Shown piece after piece: positions 56,870 to 64,000 of a stretch of 64,000 nt of DNA. The DNA is from Clostridiales bacterium (GTDB lineage: Bacteria; Bacillota; Clostridia; Clostridiales; Clostridiaceae): contig JAAYOT010000160.1 of assembly GCA_012520205.1 (NCBI GenBank), positions 14,213 to 78,212 on the forward strand, given 5' to 3'. Every line of letters begins with the position of its first letter. The first letter of the stretch is position 1. Both the position numbers and the translations under genes were made by a program. Under the pieces are notes generated by a model, which made no database searches, was not told the DNA's origin, and worked only from the letters and a program-made list of their open reading frames with translations.

Positions 56870-58972
56870 ATGAAAAAAGTATTGAAAACTAATATTGCTG
56901 GAAGAGAATTAAAATTAGAATTTGGGCATGTAGGAATGTTGTCAGATATAGCAGCCTTTATTAGTTACGGAGATACTGTTATTTTAACTAATGTTAATGC
57001 TTCAGAAAAACCAAGGGAGGGTATAGATTTTTTTCCTCTAAGTGTAGAGTATGAAGAAAAATTATATTCAGTTGGAAAAATTCCTGGAGGATTTATTAAA
57101 AGAGAAGGTAGACCTTCTGAAAGTGCAATACTACATGGAAGGGCTGTAGATAGACCCTTAAGACCATTATTCCCAAAGGGATATAGAAATGATGTTCAAG
57201 TAGTTTGTACTGTTGTATCAGTGGAAAAAGATAACTTACCAGAAATTTTAGCAATTAATGCAGCATCCTTAGCATTATGCCTATCAAGTATTCCTTTCTC
57301 AACACCAGTTGCAGCAGTTCAAGTAGGACTAGTAGATGGTAAATTTATCACAAATCCAACTTTAAAGGAAAGAGAAGAAAGCGAACTTCACTTAACAGTT
57401 TGTGCAACTAGCGAAAGAGTAATGATGATTGAGGCAGGTGGAAATGAAATTCCAGAAGACCTTATGATCGAAGCCATTAAATACGGATTTGAGGCTTGTC
57501 AAGAAATAATTAAATTCCAAGAAGAAGCTGTAGCTAAGTTCGGTAAAGAAAAAATAGTTCCGGAATTATATGAACCAAACAAAGATTTAGAAAAAGAAAT
57601 AACTGATTTTGCCAGCGAAATGGTAAAAGAAGCTATGTGGATTATGGATAAGGACGAAAGAAATGCAGCAGTAGATGCCTTAACTGAAAAGGTTTATGCT
57701 GAATTCGAAGAAAAATATCCAGAAAACCTTGGAGATATAAAAGAAATATTATATAAACTTCAAAAAGAAGTTGTTAGAGATATGCTTTTAAATCATCATA
57801 GAAGACCTGATGGAAGAGCCTTTGATGAAGTAAGACCAATTAGCTGTGAGGTAGGTGTATTACCAAGAACACATGGAACAGGAATCTTTACAAGAGGATT
57901 AACTCAAGTAATGACAGTTGCTACTCTAGGTGCAGTTGGTGACATTCAAATACTTGATGGAATCGGTGAGGAAGAATCTAAGAGATATATGCATCACTAT
58001 AACTTCCCAGGATATTCAGTAGGAGAAGTAAAACCACTTAGAGGACCAGGAAGAAGGGAAATTGGTCACGGAGCTTTAGCTGAAAGAGCATTAGAGCCTC
58101 TTATACCATCTGAAGAGGAATTCCCATATACAATAAGATTAGTTTCAGAAGTTTTAAGTTCAAATGGTTCAACATCCCAGGCTGCAGTTTGTGGAAGTAC
58201 CTTAGCTCTATTAGATGCAGGTGTTCCAATAAAAAGACCAGCAGCAGGTATTGCAATGGGTCTTATAACTTCAGAAGACTTAACAAGGGAAGAAGTATTA
58301 ACTGATATCCAAGGAATTGAAGATTTCTTTGCAGATATGGACTTTAAAGTAGCTGGTACAGAAGAAGGAATAACTTCAATACAAGTTGATACTAAAATCA
58401 AAGGTTTAAGCTTTAAGGTTATTAATGACGCTATATATGGTGCAAGAAAAGCAAGGCTTCACATTTTAGATGTAATTAAGGAATGTATTCCTGAAGCAAG
58501 AAAAGAAGTTTCTAATTATGCACCAAAGACATCAATTATTAGCATTAATCCAGATAAGATTAGAGATGTAATTGGTACAGGTGGTAAAGTTATTAACAAA
58601 ATCATTGATGAAACTGGAGTTAAAATAGACATAAAAGAAGATGGGACAGTATTTGTATCTTCACCAGATCATGATGGAGTAAATAAAGCAATATCAATTA
58701 TAGAAGGCTTAACTAAGGAAGTAAAATCAGGAGAAATCTACCTAGGAAAAGTTATTAAAACAACAACCTTTGGAGCTTTTGTTGAAATACTTCCAAATAA
58801 AGAAGGTTTATGCCATATATCTAAATTAGATAAGGAAAGAGTAAATAAGGTTGAAGATGTAGTTTCTATTGGAGATGAAATCTTAGTCAAGGTAACAGAC
58901 ATTGACAACCAAGGAAGAATTAATCTTTCAAGAAAAGATGCTTTATTAGAGCAAGAAAATAAGAATGAATAA
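56870..58972 (+). CDS. pnp: polyribonucleotide nucleotidyltransferase (PNPase)
   Basis: 700 aa with two RNase PH domains, a KH domain ([10 protein letters not shown]) and an S1 domain. Confidence 0.97.
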   Translation: MKKVLKTNIAGRELKLEFGHVGMLSDIAAFISYGDTVILTNVNASEKPREGIDFFPLSVEYEEKLYSVGKIPGGFIKREGRPSESAILHGRAVDRPLRPLFPKGYRNDVQVVCTVVSVEKDNLPEILAINAASLALCLSSIPFSTPVAAVQVGLVDGKFITNPTLKEREESELHLTVCATSERVMMIEAGGNEIPEDLMIEAIKYGFEACQEIIKFQEEAVAKFGKEKIVPELYEPNKDLEKEITDFASEMVKEAMWIMDKDERNAAVDALTEKVYAEFEEKYPENLGDIKEILYKLQKEVVRDMLLNHHRRPDGRAFDEVRPISCEVGVLPRTHGTGIFTRGLTQVMTVATLGAVGDIQILDGIGEEESKRYMHHYNFPGYSVGEVKPLRGPGRREIGHGALAERALEPLIPSEEEFPYTIRLVSEVLSSNGSTSQAAVCGSTLALLDAGVPIKRPAAGIAMGLITSEDLTREEVLTDIQGIEDFFADMDFKVAGTEEGITSIQVDTKIKGLSFKVINDAIYGARKARLHILDVIKECIPEARKEVSNYAPKTSIISINPDKIRDVIGTGGKVINKIIDETGVKIDIKEDGTVFVSSPDHDGVNKAISIIEGLTKEVKSGEIYLGKVIKTTTFGAFVEILPNKEGLCHISKLDKERVNKVEDVVSIGDEILVKVTDIDNQGRINLSRKDALLEQENKNE

Positions 58973-58984
58973 AGTGTTAGGATT

Positions 58985-59010
58985 AAAGGGCAATTTATTG
59001 CCTTTTTTTT
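58985..59010 (+). terminator. intrinsic terminator after pnp
   Basis: AAAGGGCAA-TTTA-TTGCCTTT running into a T-run. Confidence 0.8.
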
Positions 59011-59055
59011 AATGCAAAGAAAAGTACAAAATAGTTCATATTTAAGGATATTTTA

Positions 59056-59084
59056 TTGTAAATTATCTAAAATATAAGTATAAT
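59056..59084 (+). promoter_or_regulatory. candidate promoter for the M16 peptidase gene
   Basis: TTGTAA - 17 nt - TATAAT, in an AT-rich context. Confidence 0.35.
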
Positions 59085-59172
59085 CGTAAATAACCTTATT
59101 AAAGATAGATTTAAAGCTATATTTGATAATGTCAACTAATAAATTATATTTATAAAAATAAGAGGAGGTATT

Positions 59173-60471
59173 ATGTATAATATATATAAATTAAAAAATG
59201 GACTTAGAATAGTTACCGAGTACATAGAGCACGTAAACTCAATTAGTGTTGGAGTGATGGTTCAAAATGGATCAAGAAATGAGGATTTAGAAGTAAACGG
59301 GATTTCTCATTTTATTGAGCATATGTTCTTTAAAGGCACTGTGAAAAGGAATTCAAAAGAAATAGTAGAGGAAATAGAAAATGTTGGAGGCCAAATTAAT
59401 GCCTATACAAGTAAGGAAGTAACCTGTTATTACATAAAAGCATTAAATACCCATTTAGATTTAGCAATTGATATCCTATCTGATATGCTTATAAATTCAA
59501 AATTTGATGAAGAAGAAATTAAAAAAGAACAGGGTGTAGTAATAGAAGAAATTAATATGAGTGAAGACACTCCGGAAGATGTTCTAAGTGACACTCAGGC
59601 TAAAGCAATATTTGGAGATAATCCCTTATCCTATCCTATACTAGGAAGCAGCAAAAATATAAAATCCTTTAACCATAATAAGTTAAAGAAATTTGTAAAG
59701 AGTCATTATGCTCCAAAAAATTCTGTAGTATCTATATGCGGAAAGTTTGATGAAAAAGAATTAAGAAAAATTCTTGAAGAGAAGTTTGGAGAATGGGAAG
59801 GTGAAGATCAATATGAGCCATCCTATGAAGAGCCTAAAATACTAAATGGAACTATCTATACAAATAAGCCAATAGAGCAGCTACATATAAATTTAGCTTT
59901 AAAGGGACTTCCTTATGCCCATGATAAATCCTATGCCTTATTACTACTAAACAATATTTTTGGTGGTGGAGCTTCTTCAAGACTCTTCCAAAAGGTAAGA
60001 GAAGAGCTAGGACTTTGCTACACCATATATTCTTATGCCCAACCCTATCTTGGAGTAGGAATAAATAATATTTATACCGGAGTTAGTAAGCAATATGCAG
60101 AAAAGGCATTAGATGCAATAAATAAGGAACTTAGGGATTTTGCTAAAAATGGGATAAGTAAAGAACAATTAGATATAAACAAGGAAAAAATTAAGGCTGG
60201 CTATATTTTAGGTTTAGAAAGTACCTCCTCAAGAATGTTTGCAAATGCTAAATCAATGTTACTTCAAAACAAAATAAAAACTCAAGAAGAAGTTATAGAA
60301 AAAATTAACATTATAAATAAGGAGGACATAAATTATGTATTAGATACTTGCTTTAAACCAGGCATAATAAGCACAGCTTATGTAGGTCCAGATATTGAAT
60401 TTGAAAAGTTAAATAATATTGCAGAACCTAATATAAAAGCCTTTAACACTTTAAATTCGCAAAAAGTATAA
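59173..60471 (+). CDS. M16-family (pitrilysin-like) zinc peptidase
   Basis: 432 aa with the inverted zincin motif HFIEH followed by a downstream Glu. It occupies the same slot as B. subtilis mlpA/ymxG after pnp. Confidence 0.9.
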   Translation: MYNIYKLKNGLRIVTEYIEHVNSISVGVMVQNGSRNEDLEVNGISHFIEHMFFKGTVKRNSKEIVEEIENVGGQINAYTSKEVTCYYIKALNTHLDLAIDILSDMLINSKFDEEEIKKEQGVVIEEINMSEDTPEDVLSDTQAKAIFGDNPLSYPILGSSKNIKSFNHNKLKKFVKSHYAPKNSVVSICGKFDEKELRKILEEKFGEWEGEDQYEPSYEEPKILNGTIYTNKPIEQLHINLALKGLPYAHDKSYALLLLNNIFGGGASSRLFQKVREELGLCYTIYSYAQPYLGVGINNIYTGVSKQYAEKALDAINKELRDFAKNGISKEQLDINKEKIKAGYILGLESTSSRMFANAKSMLLQNKIKTQEEVIEKINIINKEDINYVLDTCFKPGIISTAYVGPDIEFEKLNNIAEPNIKAFNTLNSQKV

Positions 60472-60543
60472 AAAAATATTATGTAATAAAACTAATCTCC
60501 CTATCATAAGATTTACAATAAGAGTAAACTGGAGGTGAATCTT

Positions 60544-60870
60544 ATGTTAAGAGGAGAAAGAAGAAAAAATGAATACTATGATGAAGAGGATAATAGAGAA
60601 AATAAATATAGACTGCTTAGTGAACTCGAAACCTATGAAATATTTAATACTGAGGAAGCAGAAAAATATGATACTCAACATGATTTAGATTTTATTATAG
60701 ATGAAAAAGGAAATTTGCAGTTTATAGTAGCTGCAGTTTATGGTAGTAAATTAGGCCTTTTTGGTAGCAAAGAATATGTAGAAATACCTTGGGATACTGT
60801 AACTAAGGTAGGAACAAATGTTATTGTAGTTTCAGCAGATAGGAGCAGGATAAAAAGAACAAGAGCATAG
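60544..60870 (+). CDS. YlmC/YmxH-family PRC-barrel sporulation protein
   Basis: ATG 60544 follows GGAGGTG. The C-terminal two-thirds match the family pattern (LSEL..YEI ... IPWDTVTKVGTNVIVV), and the N-terminus carries a highly charged extension. Confidence 0.75.
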   Translation: MLRGERRKNEYYDEEDNRENKYRLLSELETYEIFNTEEAEKYDTQHDLDFIIDEKGNLQFIVAAVYGSKLGLFGSKEYVEIPWDTVTKVGTNVIVVSADRSRIKRTRA

Positions 60871-60890
60871 AACTTTTAGGAGGTTATTAC

Positions 60891-62090
60891 TTGAAGATAA
60901 TTATTCAAAAATTTGGTGGTACTTCTGTATCTACTGAAGAAAGAAGAAATCAAGTAGTAGCTAAGGTAAAGAAAGCAATAAGAGAGGGCTTTTCTCCTGT
61001 AGTTGTTGTATCAGCTATTGGAAGAGCAGGAGATCCTTATGCTACTGATACCCTTCTTTCCTTGATAGATGATAATTATAAAAAAGGTAACCTACAAGGA
61101 ACTGATATGCTTATGTGTTGTGGAGAAATAATAAGTTCAGTAATAATGAGCAATGCATTAATAAATGAAGGAATTAATGCAATTCCACTTACTGGAGGGC
61201 AAGCAGGTATTATAACAGATGATAAGTTTACTGAAGCTAATATAACTTATGTAAATATCAATAATATAAAAGAATTTATAAAGAAAGGCATTGTTCCTGT
61301 TGTTTCAGGATTTCAGGGGATAACTAAAGAGGGCTACTTTACCACTCTTGGAAGGGGAGGCAGTGATACATCAGCCTGTATATTAGGGGCTAACCTTAAA
61401 GCTGAAAGCATAGAAATATATACAGATGTAGATGGTATGATGACTGCTGATCCAAGAATAGTGGAAAAGGCAAATTTAATAAATAATATAAGCTATGAAG
61501 AGGTATTCCAATTAGCTAATCAGGGGGCAAAAGTAATAAACCCTAATGCTGTTAACTTTGCAAAAGAATTTAATATTCCTATTTATATAAAAAACACCAT
61601 GAAGGATTCACAAGGAACCTTAATAAATAACAAAGTTTTTTCAATAAATGACAAGCATATTTCTGGAATAACTCACTTAAATAATAGAGTTCAGATAACA
61701 GTAAAATTAAGTGAGAATAATAATAGAAATTATAGAACATTATTAGAAAAAATAGCAGAAAAAAATATAAGCTTAGATTTAATAAATATATTTCCAACAG
61801 AACAAATTTTCACTATAGATTTAAAAGAAAAGAAAGTTCTGGAGGATCTACTAAAGGAACTGAAAATAAATTATAAGGTCAGAGAAGATTGTAGTAAGAT
61901 AGCCATTGTTGGAATTGGTATGATGGGTGTTCCAGGAATAATGGCAAAAATAATTAACACCTTAAGAAAAGAAAATATAGAAATACTTCAAACAGCCGAT
62001 TCCAATATGACAATTTGGCTTTTAATAGAAAAGAATAATTTAGATAAGGCATTAAATTTACTGCATGAAGTTTTTATGCTAAATGAATAA
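60891..62090 (+). CDS. aspartate kinase (monofunctional, two ACT domains)
   Basis: TTG start after AGGAGGT. The product has KFGGTSV, GRGGSDT and C-terminal ACT repeats. Confidence 0.93.
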   Translation: MKIIIQKFGGTSVSTEERRNQVVAKVKKAIREGFSPVVVVSAIGRAGDPYATDTLLSLIDDNYKKGNLQGTDMLMCCGEIISSVIMSNALINEGINAIPLTGGQAGIITDDKFTEANITYVNINNIKEFIKKGIVPVVSGFQGITKEGYFTTLGRGGSDTSACILGANLKAESIEIYTDVDGMMTADPRIVEKANLINNISYEEVFQLANQGAKVINPNAVNFAKEFNIPIYIKNTMKDSQGTLINNKVFSINDKHISGITHLNNRVQITVKLSENNNRNYRTLLEKIAEKNISLDLINIFPTEQIFTIDLKEKKVLEDLLKELKINYKVREDCSKIAIVGIGMMGVPGIMAKIINTLRKENIEILQTADSNMTIWLLIEKNNLDKALNLLHEVFMLNE

Positions 62091-62095
62091 AATAT

Positions 62096-62130
62096 ATCCT
62101 CCTGTACAAAATAGAACTGTATAGGAGGAT
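62096..62130 (+). promoter_or_regulatory. hairpin pairing an anti-SD (CCTCCT) with the SD of the tepA-like gene
   Basis: 13-bp stem ATCCTCCTGTACA / TGTATAGGAGGAT (one G-U) with a 9-nt loop. The 3' arm contains AGGAGG, 8 nt upstream of ATG 62137. Confidence 0.5.
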
Positions 62131-62136
62131 TTGCTT

Positions 62137-62955
62137 ATGAAAAAATTTAGTTTTTTAAATTTTAAAAATAATAAAGAAGAAGATTATCCACCAGAAATAA
62201 AAGGTGATTATAAAGTAAATGAAGAAGATAATCTTTTAAATGAAGAAGAAAATAAAGATTCTAAAGAAGAAGAGGGTAAACTAAAGGAAAAGTTCCAGGA
62301 AATTAAGGAATTTGGAACTACAAATGAAAGCGATGACGAGTCTATTCAAGTCCTTCCTATTATAGGACAAATAGAAGGTCATCAGGTCCTACCAGCCCAG
62401 GCTAAAGCAACAAAGTATGAACATGTTATTCCCCAGTTAATTTCAATTGAAAGAAATGAAAAAGTAAAGGGCGTATTAATAGTATTAAACACTGTAGGTG
62501 GGGATGTAGAAGCAGGCTTAGCTATTGCTGAAATGATAAATTCCTTATCAAAGCCAACTGTGTCTATAGTAATTGGTGGTGGACATTCAATTGGTGTTCC
62601 CCTTGCAACATCATCTAGTTATTCCTTTATAACTCCTTCTGCCACAATGATTGTACATCCAATTAGGATGAATGGATTTGTAATTGGTGTTTCTCAAACC
62701 TTCGAATATTTTCAAAAAATGCAGGAAAGAATCGATAATTTCATAGTTAGAACATCAAAAATAGAAAAATCAAGATTAAAAGAAATGATGTTAAAGTCAG
62801 ATGAATTATTAAACGATATGGGAACTATTTTAATAGGTGAGCAGGCTGTAGAATGTGGACTAATAGATGAAGTTGGGGGAATAAATGATGCATTAAGCAA
62901 GTTAAAAGACTTAATTGAAAGCCAAGAAAACAATCAAGAAGAAAATAATATATAG
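62137..62955 (+). CDS. tepA: ClpP-fold serine protease-like protein (TepA/YmfB-like)
   Basis: Acidic N-terminus, then a ClpP/crotonase fold (VLNTVGGDVEAGLAI ... IGGGHSIG). It precedes ftsK/spoIIIE as tepA does in B. subtilis. Confidence 0.82.
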   Translation: MKKFSFLNFKNNKEEDYPPEIKGDYKVNEEDNLLNEEENKDSKEEEGKLKEKFQEIKEFGTTNESDDESIQVLPIIGQIEGHQVLPAQAKATKYEHVIPQLISIERNEKVKGVLIVLNTVGGDVEAGLAIAEMINSLSKPTVSIVIGGGHSIGVPLATSSSYSFITPSATMIVHPIRMNGFVIGVSQTFEYFQKMQERIDNFIVRTSKIEKSRLKEMMLKSDELLNDMGTILIGEQAVECGLIDEVGGINDALSKLKDLIESQENNQEENNI

Positions 62956-62956
62956 T

Positions 62957-63001
62957 AAAAAGCAATTTAAATAAGCTTTCTTATTTAAATTGCTTTTTTT
63001 T
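62957..63001 (+). terminator. intrinsic terminator after the tepA-like gene
   Basis: Perfect 19-bp stem with a CTTT loop, whose 3' arm runs into a T-run. Confidence 0.85.
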
Positions 63002-63063
63002 ATATAAAGTTTATAATAATATTATGTAAATATAATTGGAAAATATCAGTAAGAGGTGATAAA

Positions 63064-64000
63064 GTGCCTAGAAGTAAGGGAAAAAAAAGAAGCAAGAAGG
63101 AAGAAAAAAAGATAAAAGAAAATGGTGATATTAAGGGAATAATATATATAGCCTCAGGGCTCTTATTAGGAATTGCTGTTTACACAACCTTAGCAGGAAG
63201 TTTATCAGTAATTTCAAGACAAATAATTTATAGACTTATAGGTATAAGTGCATTTGTTTTACCTCTATATTTAATCTATTTTGGCTATAGTATAATAATT
63301 TCTAAGGGAAGTATAAAAATATCGAGGAGAACCTTTGGAATTACTTTAATAATTATAGGAATAACCTTAGGTTGTGCTACAGCAAGCATTCATGTTTTAA
63401 AAGGAGCAGATGGCTTTAAAGAAACATGGGATGTTATAGTTAGTGAAGATGGAATAAATGGGGGATTTATAGGACATATGATAGCCTATCCCCTTTTTAA
63501 GTTAATAGGTTTTGCAGGCTCCTATATATTATATTTTTCACTTTGGGCTATAGGCAGCACTCTAGTGATGAACATAACTTTATACGATATTATAATGTAT
63601 GTAAAAGAGAAAATAAATAATAAAATATCAATTAAAAAGAGCAGTAAAAAAGAAGAAAGGAAGGCATCTAAAGACTTTTCAAAACAAGATTCTTTAGTTG
63701 AAGCAGTACCAGAAGTTAAAGAAAGAGAAGAATTTATAAATGGGATTAATAATAAAATAAAAATACTAGATTTTATGAAGAATTCTTCCTTAGAAGATGT
63801 AAAGGAAGAAAGTTCCAATAAACTAGATAATCCTTTTAATATAGAAGTTTATGATGAAGAAAACTTTGGCGAAAACAAGGCTGAGAAAGAAATTATAAAA
63901 GAAACTAAAGGTGGAAAAAAAGAAAAACTTTCTAATGATGTAAAGGAAGTTATAAATAAAGAAATTGAAAGTCATATAAATAAAGAAAAAATAGAGGAAA
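63064..64000 (+). CDS. ftsK: DNA translocase FtsK/SpoIIIE, N-terminal membrane domain and linker (3' end outside window; absent from the ORF track)
   Basis: GTG 63064 lies 5 nt after AAGAGGTG, and the frame is open to base 64000. The product begins MPRSKGKKRSKK..., followed by four hydrophobic helices and then a K/E-rich linker. It sits in the conserved position after tepA. Confidence 0.85.
   Translation, partial: MPRSKGKKRSKKEEKKIKENGDIKGIIYIASGLLLGIAVYTTLAGSLSVISRQIIYRLIGISAFVLPLYLIYFGYSIIISKGSIKISRRTFGITLIIIGITLGCATASIHVLKGADGFKETWDVIVSEDGINGGFIGHMIAYPLFKLIGFAGSYILYFSLWAIGSTLVMNITLYDIIMYVKEKINNKISIKKSSKKEERKASKDFSKQDSLVEAVPEVKEREEFINGINNKIKILDFMKNSSLEDVKEESSNKLDNPFNIEVYDEENFGENKAEKEIIKETKGGKKEKLSNDVKEVINKEIESHINKEKIEE

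Noticed and set aside
1-64000. Search for mobile elements, toxin-antitoxin pairs, restriction-modification genes, CRISPR-Cas, abortive-infection or other defence or accessory modules.
   Set aside because: Every ORF above about 100 aa is accounted for by a housekeeping or sporulation family in conserved order. I saw no integrase or transposase motifs, flanking direct repeats, tRNA target sites or compositional islands.

Overview
This very AT-rich window looks like core chromosome of a low-GC, spore-forming Firmicute (Clostridium-like). About 70 tightly packed housekeeping genes are almost all on the + strand, in the order known from the Bacillus/Clostridium backbone. The order is: fmt-rsmB-rlmN-stp-prkC-rsgA-rpe-thiN-spoVM / rpmB(-) / asp23-fakA-like-recG-rsmD-coaD / ylbJ(-)-tmcAL(-) / pta-ackA / yceD-rpmF-plsX-acpP-rnc-radical SAM-smc-ftsY-ylxM-ffh-rpsP-KH-rimM-trmD-rplS-rbgA-rnhB / yraN(-) / comM-like-dprA-topA-codY / rpsB-tsf-pyrH-frr-uppS-cdsA / dxr-rseP-ispG / rimP-nusA-ylxR-L7Ae-infB-rbfA-nrnA-truB-ribF / rpsO-pnp / M16 peptidase-ymxH-aspartokinase-tepA-like-ftsK (3' end outside the window). 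I found no rRNA or tRNA genes, CRISPR arrays, transposases, integrases, prophage genes or recognisable defence or accessory islands, so I cannot support a claim of a novel multi-gene system here. The observations worth a second look are all small-scale. Two micro-ORFs are missing from the ORF track: spoVM, and a 30-aa membrane peptide upstream of smc. A ~20-bp dsRNA hairpin lies in the rnc leader. Several hairpins occlude or displace Shine-Dalgarno (SD) sequences. CodY-box matches lie upstream of pta-ackA and codY. The ispG-rimP spacer, where polC sits in B. subtilis, has its own promoter-like element and two tandem terminator hairpins. Many ORF-track starts appear too far upstream, and I re-set them using SD spacing and known N-termini. 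All calls rest on reading motifs and gene order by eye; no searches or folding calculations were run.
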